Shown piece after piece: positions 10,597-21,000 of a DNA stretch of 64,000 nucleotides. Each line of letters starts with the position of its first letter. Position 1 is the first letter of the stretch. The notes under the pieces are model-generated. The model saw nothing but the letters and a program-made list of their open reading frames with translations. It was not told where the DNA came from and ran no database searches. The stretch covers positions 448,001 to 512,000 of the forward strand of contig CAVVEU010000024.1 of NCBI GenBank assembly GCA_963747235.1. The letters are read 5' to 3'. The position numbers and the translations under genes are program-made. This stretch comes from an uncultured Candidatus Rokubacteria bacterium (GTDB taxonomy: Bacteria; Methylomirabilota; Methylomirabilia; Rokubacteriales; CSP1-6).

Positions 10597-11786
10597 GCGG
10601 CGCCTTCGCGCTTCCAGAGGTGCGGAGAGCGGAACTGGTCCACCACCTCCCAGAAGCGCGCCTCGCTGATGCCCATGTAGTCGAGGTTCTCCTGGAACCA
10701 CTTCCGGGGGAATTCGCCGTCGAAGCGGCGCACCAGGGCGACGCCCTCGTCCCGGGTGAGGTGGCCGTTGCGGATCTCCTGGGCCGCGTCGTAGGAGGCC
10801 CGGCCGATGCCGAACTTCACGTAGGTGGTGAAGTAGTGGAGGCCGTCCATGCGGTCGTCGATGCTGTTGTACTTGGAGTACGTGCCCTCGGTGCGCTCGG
10901 TGTTGGCCTCGAAGCCGGCGTGCTCGACCGCGTAGTAGTAGCACTCCTGCGGCACCCACCGGAGGTAGTACCCCAGGTAGTGCACCTCCACCCGCTTCTC
11001 GGCCAGCAGCGCGGGATCGGCGGCCAGGTAGGGATCGAGGTCGCGCGGGGTGATCCCGTGCTCGGCGAGGGCGGGCACGCTCACCCCGCCCAGGTGCAGA
11101 TCCTCGAGCCGGGCCTCGCGCGTGAAGTAGCGGGCCTCGCGCTGCGCGGTGGCGGCTTCCCCGAGCGGGTTGCCGTACTCCACCTCGTTCTCCCCGTAGA
11201 CCACGAGCGGGATGTCGTGGAGCGCCGCGAAGCGAGGCGGCAGGCTCTTCTGGCCGAAGATGAAGGGCTGGAACGGGTGCAGGAGGTTCTCGAAGGCGAG
11301 CCGGGTGAGGGTCCGGTGCACCCGTCCGTTGGGCGTGCAGAGGTAGTTGTCGAAGCCCGCGTGCAGCCACGACTGGAAGTTGCGCCAGCCCACCTCCGTG
11401 TAGATGTGCGGCGCCCACGTCACGGTGAGCGGATTCATGCCGTACTTGTACTTGAGCAGGTGCGAGGCGTAGATGGAGTCCTTGCCCCCGCTGCCCGGTA
11501 CCAGGACGTCGTACCGGCCGTCGGTGCGACGGTGGCGCGCCAGCAGGTCGAGCAGCTCGCGCTCGCGCGCGGCCCAGTCGAGGCGCTCCTTCTCCTCCGC
11601 GAAGCGACAGGCCGCGCACACGCCGGCCGCGTCGAAAAGAATCGTTTCCTTCTTCGATTCGCGGGTGTGCGCGTATTCGACGGTGGACGAGGGACGCTGG
11701 TTGGAGATCACGCAGCGCGCGCAGAAGCGCACGTCCGTGGGCAGGCCGAACTTGGCCTCGAGCGGCGCGGGGACTTGATCGGGCAC
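10569..11786 (-). CDS. wbuX: N-acetyl sugar amidotransferase (WbuX/PseA/PtmG-like)
   Basis: FCARCV...CAAC, PP-loop SGGKDS, KFGIGRA, adjacent to hisH/hisF paralogs. Confidence 0.9.
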   Translation of the reverse strand: MPDQVPAPLEAKFGLPTDVRFCARCVISNQRPSSTVEYAHTRESKKETILFDAAGVCAACRFAEEKERLDWAARERELLDLLARHRRTDGRYDVLVPGSGGKDSIYASHLLKYKYGMNPLTVTWAPHIYTEVGWRNFQSWLHAGFDNYLCTPNGRVHRTLTRLAFENLLHPFQPFIFGQKSLPPRFAALHDIPLVVYGENEVEYGNPLGEAATAQREARYFTREARLEDLHLGGVSVPALAEHGITPRDLDPYLAADPALLAEKRVEVHYLGYYLRWVPQECYYYAVEHAGFEANTERTEGTYSKYNSIDDRMDGLHYFTTYVKFGIGRASYDAAQEIRNGHLTRDEGVALVRRFDGEFPRKWFQENLDYMGISEARFWEVVDQFRSPHLWKREGAAWALRHQVS

Positions 11787-11796
11787 GCGGATCGCC

Positions 11797-12462
11797 TCAG
11801 CTCCGGGCCACGAAGACGCGGAGAATGGCCAGCCCCACCTCGCCGCTCTTCTCCGGGTGGAACTGGCACCCGGTGATCGGGCCGGCGGTGATCGCGGCCG
11901 AGACCGGCACGCCGCCCAGGTCGATGTCGGCCAGCCGGTGGCGCGGGTCGACGGGATGCGCGCCATAGGAGTGGACGAAGTAGGCGAAGTCGCCCGGCTT
12001 GACCGCGGCGAAGAGGCTCTCCGCCCACGGTACGCCGCCGGCGGCCGGCTCGAGACGGCACCAGCCGACATTTGGAATCTTGTAGGAGCGGAGCGTGCCG
12101 CGCGCGCCCGCGGCGGGCGCGGGCAGTCGGTCCACCCGTCCCGCGATGAGACCGAGCCCTGGATGATGGCCGAACTCGGTCGAGGCCTCGAGCAGGAGCT
12201 GCATGCCGAGGCAGACGCCGAGCAGGGGGCGGCCGGTCGCGGCGAAGGCCAGCACCGCCTCGTCGAGGCCGCGGGCCCGGAGGCCCTCCATGGCGTCGCC
12301 GAAGGCGCCCACGCCGGGGAGGATGAGCTGCTCGGCGGCGCGCACGGTAGCCGGCTCGGTGGAAAGCCGCGGCTCGCCGCCGACCGCGGCCACCGCCTGG
12401 GAGACGCTCCACAGGTTGCCGCGGCCGTAGTCCACGATCACCACGGGACGCGCCGCGCTCAC
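11797..12462 (-). CDS. hisH: Glutamine amidotransferase, HisH-like (WbuY-type)
   Basis: DYGRGNL, LPGVGAF, GVCLGMQ, YFVHSY, QFHPEKS. Confidence 0.92.
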   Translation of the reverse strand: MSAARPVVIVDYGRGNLWSVSQAVAAVGGEPRLSTEPATVRAAEQLILPGVGAFGDAMEGLRARGLDEAVLAFAATGRPLLGVCLGMQLLLEASTEFGHHPGLGLIAGRVDRLPAPAAGARGTLRSYKIPNVGWCRLEPAAGGVPWAESLFAAVKPGDFAYFVHSYGAHPVDPRHRLADIDLGGVPVSAAITAGPITGCQFHPEKSGEVGLAILRVFVARS

Positions 12463-13223
12463 GCCGAGCTCCGCACCGGCACGTGGGCCTGGGCCAGCCT
12501 CGCCTTGATCTCGCCCACCGTGTACTTGCCGTAGTGGAGCATCGAGGCCACCGCCACCGCGTCGGCGCCCGCCTCGGTGATGGCGCGGCAGGCGTGCTCG
12601 GGGGTGCCCGCGCCGCCGCCCGCGATCACCGGCACGTCCACCAGCGCGGTGATCCGGGCGAGGAAATCGAGGTCCATGCCCTTCTGGGTGCCCTCGCGAT
12701 CCACCGAGGTGATGAGCAGCTCGCCGGCGCCCAGCTCCACGCCACGCCGAGCCCAGTCGAGCGCGTCGAGGCCGCTCCGCTCGCGGCCGTTGTCGGTGTA
12801 GGCCTCCCAGCGGTCGGGAGCGATCTTCTTGGTCTGGATCGAGAGCACCATGCACTGGCTGCCGAAGGCCAGGGAGACCTCGCGGATCAGCTCGGGCCGC
12901 GCGACCGCCGCGGTGTTGATCGCCACCTTGTCCGCGCCGCTGCGCAGGGCGTCGCGCACGTCCTCGAGGCGGCGAAGGCCCCCCGCCACCGTCATGGGCA
13001 CGAAGACCGCGGCCGCGGTGCGCCGGACGACCTCCAGGATATTGTTCCGGCCATAGAGGCTCGCCACGATGTCCACGTAGAGGATCTCGTCGGCGCCCTC
13101 CGCGTAGTAGCGCTGAGCGAACTGCTGGGGATCGCCCATGACCCGCAGGCCCTCGAGGTGGATGCCCTTGACGAGGTTCGGGCCCTTCACGTCGAGGCGG
13201 GCGATGACCCGGGCGGCCGGCAT
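12459..13223 (-). CDS. hisF: HisF-like cyclase subunit (WbuZ-type)
   Basis: RVIARLDVKGPNLVKG, GADKVAINTAA, GAGELLITSVDREGT. Confidence 0.92.
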   Translation of the reverse strand: MPAARVIARLDVKGPNLVKGIHLEGLRVMGDPQQFAQRYYAEGADEILYVDIVASLYGRNNILEVVRRTAAAVFVPMTVAGGLRRLEDVRDALRSGADKVAINTAAVARPELIREVSLAFGSQCMVLSIQTKKIAPDRWEAYTDNGRERSGLDALDWARRGVELGAGELLITSVDREGTQKGMDLDFLARITALVDVPVIAGGGAGTPEHACRAITEAGADAVAVASMLHYGKYTVGEIKARLAQAHVPVRSSA

Positions 13224-13237
13224 GCCTGGATCGCGCC

Positions 13238-14232
13238 TCAGTCGAGATCGACGAAGCGCCCGGATGCGCTCGAGCGCGCGCAGGCGTCGATGATGCGCTG
13301 CACGCGATAGCCCGCCCGCAGGTCCACCAGGGGCGGCCGGCCGTTCTCGACGCAGGCGAAGAAGTGCTCGATCTCGTCCACGTACATGCGGTCGTAGGCG
13401 GGCTCGAAGCTCCAGCTCTCCCACTTGCGCGCCTTGTGGTCGTAGCAGCGCACGGTGTGGCCCTCGAGGTCCACCAGCACCGTGCTCTCGGTGCCGATCA
13501 GCTCCACCTCGCTCCGCGCCGACCGGTCCACCATGTCGAGGTGGATCGAGCCGACCGACGCGAGCGCCGAAGCGGACGAGCGCCTCGCACACGTCGTCGG
13601 TCTCGACCTCCAGATCGCTGAAGGTGCCGACCACCGCGGAGACCGCGGTGATCGGGCCGCAGAGCCACTGCATCCAGTCGAAGGCGTGGCATTCGTCCAG
13701 GAGCACGCCGCCGCCCTGGTCCTTCTTGGCCATGTAGAAGGAGCGATAGTCCTCGTAGGGGTGCCAGTCGGGCAGGTAGACCCCGGTGAAGCTCCGCGCG
13801 GTGACGAGGCGGCCCGCGCGGCCGGCCGTCGAGCAGCTCCTTGGCCTTCTGGAGCGGCTGGAAGAAGCGCATGCAGAAGCCGGTCATCGCGGTGAGCTTC
13901 TTCTGCTCCATCAGGTCGAGCAGCTCCGGGATGCGGTCGAGGGTGTGCGAGACCGGCTTCTCCACGAAGAGGTGCAGGCCCCGGCGGGCCAGCGCGAGCG
14001 CGGGATCCATGTGATAGGCCGTGGGCAGGCAGATGAAGCCCACCTGGTACCGCTCGGCGGCGAGCGCGGCCTCGAGTGACGGGTGGAGCGGGACGCCCGG
14101 GTGCTTGGCCGCGATCTCGGCGCGCCGGTCCTCCCGCGTCTCGACGACCGCGGCGGTGCGCCCGGTGGCGAGGAGGTTGCGCAGGTGCCGCTTGCCGATG
14201 GAGCCGCCGCCGACGACGAGAGCGGTGATCAT
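13238..14232 (-). CDS. Gfo/Idh/MocA oxidoreductase (frameshifted)
   Basis: VGGGSIGKRH, LFVEKPV, YLPDWHPYEDYR, GGGVLLDECH. Confidence 0.85.
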
Positions 14233-15245
14233 GACAGGAGCATATCCTCGGTGATGGGCGTGTGATGGGAGATGGCCCGGGCGGTCCGCCGGCCGAGCAC
14301 GGCGGGCAGCGCCGCGGGCGAGAGGCCGGTCCCCGGGCGGAGCACGTCCAGATCCTCGCGGGTGAGGATCGCGCCGCCGGGCAGGTCGCGCGCGGCGACC
14401 AGGCTCTTGCGGGCCACGTCGCGGACCGGGAGCTCGCTCGGGGCCGGCCGCTTGACGCCGTCGCCCAGCGCGGCCTCGACGTCGCGGATGGCCGCCACCA
14501 GCGCCCGCAGCTCGTCCGGCAGCAGCGAGGCCTGATGATCCGGGCCGGGCAAGCTCCGATCGAGCGTGAAGTGCTTCTCGATGTAGGCGGCCCCGCGCGC
14601 GACGGCCGCGATCGACATGGCGAGGCCCGTCGAGTGGTCCGACAGCCCCACGGGAGCGCCGAAGGCGCGCGCGAAGGTGTCCATCACCTTCAGATTCGTG
14701 AGCGCAGGATCGGCCGGATAGTTGCTGACGCACTGGAGGATGGCCAGGTCGGTGGCGCCGGCCCCACGGAGCGTCGCCACCGCCGCCTCGACCTCGGCCA
14801 TGTCGGCCATGCCGGTGGAGAGCACGACCGGGAGTCCGAGGGCGCCGACCACTTCGAGCATCGGCAGGTTGGTGACGTCCCCCGAGGAGATCTTGATGCG
14901 CCGGACGCCGAGCCGCTTCAGATAGCGGGCGCTCTCCGGATCGAACGGGGTGGACATGAACTCGATGCCGACCTTCGCGCAGTGGGCGAAGAGCATCTCG
15001 TGGTCCGCCGGGGAGAGCTCGAGGCGCGCCAGCATCTCGTACTGGCTCTGCTCGCTCCCGGTGGCGCGCTGCTGGTACTCGGCCTTCGCCGCGCGGCGGG
15101 TCAGCAGCCGATCCACCGCGAAGGTCTGGAACTTGACCGCGTCGGCCCCCGCCGCCCCCGCGACGTCCACGAGGGCGCGCGCGAGTGCGGGATCACCGTT
15201 GTGGTTGACGCCGGCCTCGGCAATCACGAACGTCCGGGAATTCAC
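14229..15245 (-). CDS. neuB: N-acetylneuraminate/legionaminate synthase with SAF domain
   Basis: IAEAGVNHNGD, ADAVKFQ, STPFD, LSTGM, GLSDHS, IEKHFT, RPGTG. Start is GTG 15245 or ATG 15254. Confidence 0.95.
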   Translation of the reverse strand: MNSRTFVIAEAGVNHNGDPALARALVDVAGAAGADAVKFQTFAVDRLLTRRAAKAEYQQRATGSEQSQYEMLARLELSPADHEMLFAHCAKVGIEFMSTPFDPESARYLKRLGVRRIKISSGDVTNLPMLEVVGALGLPVVLSTGMADMAEVEAAVATLRGAGATDLAILQCVSNYPADPALTNLKVMDTFARAFGAPVGLSDHSTGLAMSIAAVARGAAYIEKHFTLDRSLPGPDHQASLLPDELRALVAAIRDVEAALGDGVKRPAPSELPVRDVARKSLVAARDLPGGAILTREDLDVLRPGTGLSPAALPAVLGRRTARAISHHTPITEDMLLS

Positions 15246-15252
15246 TTGACGC

Positions 15253-15281
15253 ATGTTACACCAACGTGTTCAACTTGTGAA
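15253..15281 (-). promoter_or_regulatory. Promoter for the neuB operon, TTCACA-N17-TAACAT
   Basis: -35 at 15281-15276, -10 at 15258-15253, 7 nt before GTG 15245. Confidence 0.55.
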
Positions 15282-15283
15282 CA
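15267..15283. promoter_or_regulatory. Palindromic operator TGTTCA-N5-TGAACA
   Basis: Perfect 6-bp AT-rich inverted repeat in the short divergent gap between neuB and the wHTH regulator. Confidence 0.65.
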
Positions 15284-15289
15284 TTCTCC

Positions 15290-15928
15290 ATGCAGCGCCA
15301 GAACGAGCGGAACCTCGAGATCCTGACCGCCCTCGGCGAGGGGGCGCCGGTCACCCAGCGCGCCCTGGCCGAGCAGCTCGGCGTGGCCCTGGGCCTGGCC
15401 AACCTCTGCCTCAAGCGCCTGGCCGGCAAGGGCCTGATCAAGATGATGGAGTTTCCGGCCAAGCCGGCGGCCCGCAAGCGCCTGCGCTACGTCCTCACCC
15501 CGAAGGGGGTGGCCGAGAAGACGCGTCTCTCGTACGAGTACATGGCGTATTCCCTGCGGCTCTTCCGGCGCACCCGTGGCAATCTCCGGGAGACGATGGG
15601 GCGGCTGCACGCCGACGGCGTGAAGCGCTTCGCGCTCTGTGGGGTCGGGGAGGCGGCCGAGCTGGCCTATCTGACGCTGCGCGAGTTCGGGCTGGAGCCG
15701 GTGGGCATCTTCGATGGGGCGGCGGGGGGTCAGTTCCTGGGATTCCCGGTCCGGCCGCTCCGGGAGCTGGCCGGAGAAGAGATCGATGGGGTGATCGTGG
15801 CCACGTTCGACCGGCCCGAGCAACGGGTGGCGGAGCTGGGCCGGCTGGGGGTCCCCGCCGGGAAATGTCTCACCCTGCGACGGCTGGCCGATCCGGTCGC
15901 CCAGGCCGAGGAAAGGACACGGGGATGA
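15290..15928 (+). CDS. MarR-like winged-helix regulator (EPS-associated) with C-terminal Rossmann-like domain
   Basis: TQRALAEQLGVALGLANLCLKRLAGKGLI...YVLTPKGVAEK; then LCGVGEAAELA. Confidence 0.88.
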   Translation: MQRQNERNLEILTALGEGAPVTQRALAEQLGVALGLANLCLKRLAGKGLIKMMEFPAKPAARKRLRYVLTPKGVAEKTRLSYEYMAYSLRLFRRTRGNLRETMGRLHADGVKRFALCGVGEAAELAYLTLREFGLEPVGIFDGAAGGQFLGFPVRPLRELAGEEIDGVIVATFDRPEQRVAELGRLGVPAGKCLTLRRLADPVAQAEERTRG

Positions 15929-16143
15929 AGGAATTCCTGAAAGGCAATTACAAGGTCGACACCGAGATCAAGGAGACCGTGGACGATGAGCGCTCCCAGC
16001 TCGAGACCGAGTTCGAGCGGAAGGCGCTCTCTCGCCTCGGCGGCAGCATCTGCTTCGTGAGCAAGAAGGGCTTCATCTGGAACGGAGACCAGGAAGGCGA
16101 GGCGAAGAGTGGAGCTGGGAAAGAAGATCGCAAGGAGGCTTGA
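15925..16143 (+). CDS. Small hypothetical protein (72 aa)
   Basis: SD GAAAGGA, ATGA overlap with the regulator, coding-like codon use (MKEFLKGNYKVDTEIKETVDDE...). Confidence 0.6.
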   Translation: MKEFLKGNYKVDTEIKETVDDERSQLETEFERKALSRLGGSICFVSKKGFIWNGDQEGEAKSGAGKEDRKEA

Positions 16144-17116
16144 AGGCGCGACCTTCGAGCGAATCGCCGCCGCCGGCCTCGCGAACGCCGAGTTGAACCA
16201 GCCGAGCATCCGCCGCTCCGTGCTGGACCTCGGCAGAGAGCCGCTGGGCGAGGGTGACGCCGCGGTGGTGGTCGCAGCCGGCCCGAGCCTGCGGCGGCGG
16301 GGAAGCCTCGAGCGCCTTCGCGCCTCCGGCTTCCGCGGCGCCATCGTGGCCGCCGACGGCGCCCTCGGCGCCTGCCTTCGCGCGGGCATCGTCCCTCACG
16401 TGGTGGTCAGCGTGGATCCGCACCGCGGCCGCATCGTGCGCTGGTTCGGCGACCCGGCGCTGACCGCCGCGCCCACCGACGACTACTTCCGGCGGCAGGA
16501 GATGGACGCGGCCCACTCGCGCGACGAGCTCGGCGCCAACCGGGTCCTGGTGGAGCTGGTGAACCGCCACGGGCCCGCGATCCGCGCCGCGGTCGCGACC
16601 TCGGCGGCGCCCGAGGTCACGGCGCGCTGCGCGCAGGCGGGCATGGCGCTCTACTGGTGGAATCCGATGTACGACGACCACGACGCGGCGGAGAGCCTCT
16701 CGCGCCGGCTCCATCGGATGAACGGGCTGCCCTGCATCAACGGCGGCGGCAACGTGGGCACCGCGGCGTGGGTGCTGGCCCACGCGGTGCTCGGCAAGCG
16801 GCGGGTAGGCATCGTGGGCATGGATCTCTCCTACACGCCCGACACGCCGTACGAGAAGACGCAGTACTACCCCGAGCTGGTGGAGCTCTTCGGCGACGGG
16901 TTCAAGGACGCCTTCATCCACATGGAGAACCCAGCCCTGGGCGAGACTTGGTTCACCGACCCCGCCTACTACTGGTACCGGGAAGTCTTCCTTCAGATGG
17001 CCGGAGAAGCCGGGTGCGAGACCTATAATTGCACGGAGGGGGGCCTGCTCTTCGGCCCCGGCATCCACTCGGTTCCGCTGGAGGATTTCGTGCAAGCCGT
17101 CGGGAAAGGGAGCTGA
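16109..17116 (+). CDS. Maf/DUF115 (MptE-like) protein
   Basis: VVVAAGPSL, IVAADGAL, PHVVVSVDP, GGNVGTAA, IVGMDLSY, YNCTEGG. Confidence 0.85.
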   Translation: MELGKKIARRLEGATFERIAAAGLANAELNQPSIRRSVLDLGREPLGEGDAAVVVAAGPSLRRRGSLERLRASGFRGAIVAADGALGACLRAGIVPHVVVSVDPHRGRIVRWFGDPALTAAPTDDYFRRQEMDAAHSRDELGANRVLVELVNRHGPAIRAAVATSAAPEVTARCAQAGMALYWWNPMYDDHDAAESLSRRLHRMNGLPCINGGGNVGTAAWVLAHAVLGKRRVGIVGMDLSYTPDTPYEKTQYYPELVELFGDGFKDAFIHMENPALGETWFTDPAYYWYREVFLQMAGEAGCETYNCTEGGLLFGPGIHSVPLEDFVQAVGKGS

Positions 17117-17122
17117 TCGGCC

Positions 17123-18645
17123 ATGGCCAAGGTGCTGTTCATCAATCCGATGATTCGCGAGGAGGACGATCCCCGACACGTCCCGTACGGGATCGCCCTG
17201 CTCGCGGCCATCGCCATGCGCGATGGCCACTCGGTCCAGGTCTTCGACGCCAATGCCTGGCGCACGTCCGATGCGGTCGTGGCCCAGGTGCTCCAGGCCG
17301 ACCGCTGGGACGTCATCGGCATGGGCGGCATCACCACCGCGTACCGCTCGATCAAGCACATCACCGCCATGGCCAAGGAGCTGGCGCCCCAGGCGCTCCT
17401 GGTTGTGGGCGGCGGCTTCCTCACCAGCATGCCGAACGACATCATGCGCTTCCTGCCCCACGTGGATCTGGGCGTGGTGGGCGAGGGCTTCATCTCGTTT
17501 CCGGAAGTGCTGCGCCGGGTGGACGCGGGCAACCGCGACTGGGCCGCCGTCAAGGGCCTCATCTGGCGGGAGCCGTCGGGGCGCGCCCGGCTCAACCCCG
17601 AGCAGCCGCTGCTCGAGGATCTCGACAGCCTGCCCTATCCGGCCTGGGAGCTCTTCCCGCTGGAAGAGGTCTACTTCAAGAACAGCATGGCCCTGTTCTC
17701 GGAGGAGGGCATGGTGGCCCGGCGCCGGCTCGACATCAACGCGAGCTACGGCTGCTCGCTCATCTGCCGGTTCTGCTTCCACCTGGGATCTCGGGCGACA
17801 TGAAGATCAACGAGACCAGCGACGGCGATCGTGAGACCAGCTTCACCTACGATCGCAAGATCCGCTGGCACAGCCCGCGCTACATCGTGAACCTCGTGAA
17901 GTACGCGCGCGAGCGCTTCGGGGTGGACTTCATCGGCTTCCTCGACGAGAACCTGATGACCATGCACCAGTTCTCGGGGAAGAAATGGCTCACCGATATC
18001 GCGGACCTCTGGATCTCGGAAGGGCTCCAGCCGCAGTGCGTGCGCGATGGAGTGGACCACGACCCCGACCGCTGCCACGGCGTGCACTGGGGCGGGACGA
18101 GCCACGCCACCCTGGTCAGCCAGCACGTGCTGAAGGTGATCAAGCAGGCCGGTTGCACGCACCTGGTATACGGCTACGAGTCCTTTTCGCCGCGGGTACT
18201 CAAGACGGTCGGCAAGGGGGCGACGCCCGCGACCAACGAGCGATCGCTGCGCTGGACGCTCGAGGCGGGGATCCGGCCGATCCCGAACCAGATGATCGGC
18301 TTCCCGGACGACGACTTCGACTCCATCCGCGACAACATTCATGCTTGGAACCGGCTGGGCCTCAACGTGAAGCCATTCTTTGCGACCCCATATCCGGGGA
18401 CCGAGTGGTACTACACGTACAAGAACCGCATCCTCGAGCAGTACGACGGGGATCTGGAGGCGTTCATTCTCGACGTGGGCGACGCCACCCGGATCACGGG
18501 CAACATCTGCAAGAAGTTCAACGCGGTGGAGCTCTACGGCCTGCGCGAGCTGATGGTTCTCCGCGACCTCAAGCGCATCGCCGCCTACGAGCGGGAGTGG
18601 AATCGCCTCCACGGCGTGGCCGAGCCCGCCACGCCGTCCGCCTGA
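17123..18645 (+). CDS. Cobalamin-binding radical SAM protein, class B methyltransferase-like (frameshift ~17790)
   Basis: PYGIALLAA B12 domain, VVGEG, CSLICRFC, FLDENL, YGYES, TPYPGT. Confidence 0.9.
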
Positions 18646-18649
18646 CCGC

Positions 18650-19296
18650 TTGGCTGGCCGTCTGCTGATCCTGGGCGCGGGAGGCCACGGTCGCGCCGTC
18701 GCCGATCTGGCCCGGGCGTGCGGCTTCACGGTGGCCGGCTTCACCGACCGCTCCTCGTCCGCCGGGACCCCGGGCGCGCCGGTGCTGGGCACCGACGCGG
18801 AGCTGGCCACGCTCATCGGCGCCCAGCAGATCGACGGCGGGGTGGTCGGCGTCGGCAACACCGCGCTGGCCCGCCGGGCCCAGCTCCACGACGTGCTGCG
18901 GGCGGCCGGGGTTCCCCAGCCCGCCCTGGTCCATCCGCGCGCGGTCGCGTCACCCTCCGCCGAGGTCGGCGCGGGCTCGGTCGTGTTCGCGGGCAGCGTG
19001 CTCGGCAGCGGGGTGCGGATCGGGGTCAACGTGGTGCTCTACAGCGGCGTGGTGGTCGAGCACGAGTGCGCGATCGCCGATCACGCCTATCTCTCGCCCG
19101 GCGTGGTCCTCTCCGGTCAGGTGATGGTGGAGGAGGGCGCCTTCATCGGGGTGGGCGCGGTCGTGCTGCCGGGCCTGCGCATCGGGGCGGGGGCGGTGGT
19201 GGCCGCGGGGGCGGTCGTGACCGTGGACGTCTCGCCGGGGCAGACCGTCATGGGCGTGCCGGCCCGCCGCAGCCCGCTCCGGAGAAAGCGGATGAA
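18650..19296 (+). CDS. neuD: NeuD/PglD-family sugar N/O-acetyltransferase
   Basis: ILGAGGHG, LVHPRA, hexapeptide repeats, VEHEC, MGVPAR; 3' end uncertain. Confidence 0.85.
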
Positions 19297-20795
19297 GCCG
19301 ATCGGCGAGATCAGCGCCCAGCGCATAGCGAAGGTTGTCGCCGGTGGCCGGGTGGACGGTGAAGAGGTAGGCCAGGTAGAGGCCGAGCGCCGCGCCCGCC
19401 GCGGGGATCGCGGCCGCCCAGCCCGTGACGCCGATCACACGGCCGCCGGCCAGCAGCGCGTGGAAGGTCCCCAGCATCAGCACGAAGCCACCCAGATAGG
19501 CCCAGACTCGTCCGGAGAGCGGAAGTCCGGCGAGCTCGCGCGCCCATCGAAAGTAGACCCAGCACGGGAAGAGGATCAGGAAGAGGCGGGCCACCGCCGC
19601 GCCCGGGATCGCCGGGCCAGAGGCCATGGATCCCACCGATCACCGGTCCCGGAGGAACCAGGATCACGAGGGCCGCGGCGTAGACGACGATCCGGAGCAC
19701 GTTCACCGGGATGAAGCGTGCGACCTCGTCCATCGCGAAGAGCGCCAGGGTATACGGGTTGACGATGTTGCCGACCAGCGCGGCCAGGACGAGGATCCGG
19801 AGCGGCAGAGCGGCCGGGAGGAAGGCCTCGCCGTAGACGAGCTGGATCCCGAGCTCGGCGAAGGCCCAGAAGCCGAAGGCCAGCGGCACCGTGATGAACA
19901 GGAGCTTGTCGAGCACGTTCAGGAAGAAGTCGCGCGCCTCGCGCTTGCGGTCGGGCGAGCGGCTGACGAAGAGGCTCGACAGCCGGGTGAAGAGGAATGT
20001 CACGGGCCCCGCGACCACCGACGACAGCCCCTCCCACAAGGCCCGCGCGACGTGGTAGTAGCCCGCCGCGGTGAGGCCCGCCCAGCGGCCGACCACCACG
20101 CGATCGATCGAGTCCTGGAACAGGGCCAGGGGGCTGTTCACCAGGAATGGCCGGGCGTAGATCCAGTAGCGCGGACGCTCTCGCGGGTCGGCGGCCGCGG
20201 CGCGAGCCCGTACCGCGCGCGCAGGACGACGGCGGCGGCGAGCCCGCTCAGCAGGCCGTCCACCATGAAGGTGGCGGCGACTCCGACCACGCTCGGCATC
20301 ACGACCAGGACCGCCACCGTGCTCGCGGCGCGCGCCAGGCGGGCCGCGAGCAGGATCATCGCGTGCGGCACCACCCACTCGCGCGCGATGAAGACCTTGA
20401 GGAAGATGTCGGAGAAGTTGTTGGCGACCTGACCGGCGAGCAGGAAGAGGAAGACGAGCGCAAGGGCCGGAGAGTGGAAGAGTCCCTCCGCGCTCCAGGC
20501 CGCCAGCACCGGACCGTGAGCAGCCCGTGGAGCGCGAGCTGGATGGCGAGCATGGTCCCCAGGCAGCGACCCGGATCTTCCCCCTCCGCGAGGCGCTTGA
20601 GATGGGCCTGCGCGAAGCCCGGTAGCAGGACCGCCATGAGGACGCCGACGAGCCCGGTGCTGAAGCCGATGGAGCCGAGGGCGGCCGGGCCCAGCGTGCG
20701 GGCCACCAGGATGGAGACGAGCATGCTGAGGAGGCTGCCGCTCCACGTGCCCAGGACAGGAGGAGGGACTTGCGCCCGAGCGTGGCCGGTGACAT
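19260..20795 (-). CDS. wzx: Oligosaccharide flippase (Wzx/MOP), frameshifted
   Basis: VARTLGPAALG, IDRVVVGRWAG..AGYY, LVYGEAFLPAALPLRIL, many TMs; 3' end uncertain. Confidence 0.85.
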
Positions 20796-20803
20796 TGGTG
20801 GGG

Positions 20804-20809
20804 ATTCTA
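20804..20809 (-). promoter_or_regulatory. -10 element TAGAAT, leaderless-type
   Basis: 8 nt upstream of flippase ATG 20795; no SD. Confidence 0.45.
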
Positions 20810-21000
20810 TCCCAGTTGTTCGCGTCCACTCCCATTGGGGCGCCCCGGCTGCAGTCGAGCAAGCCGCAAGGCTTAGGCGTCGCCGATCCTCTTGTGATAG
20901 TGTGGACCGTCGCTATGTGGCCGCTGCGTATGATCTTACAGGCCAAAGGGAGAAGATTAGCCATCCGCGACATCCGGTCTCCCGGTCGAGCAGGCCGGAA

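Noticed and set aside
11797-13223. Histidine biosynthesis operon
   Set aside because: Only hisH/hisF paralogs, next to wbuX; this is the known ammonia-supply module of glycan loci
15925-18645. RiPP precursor plus radical SAM maturase
   Set aside because: No RRE, peptidase or transporter; neighbours are sugar enzymes
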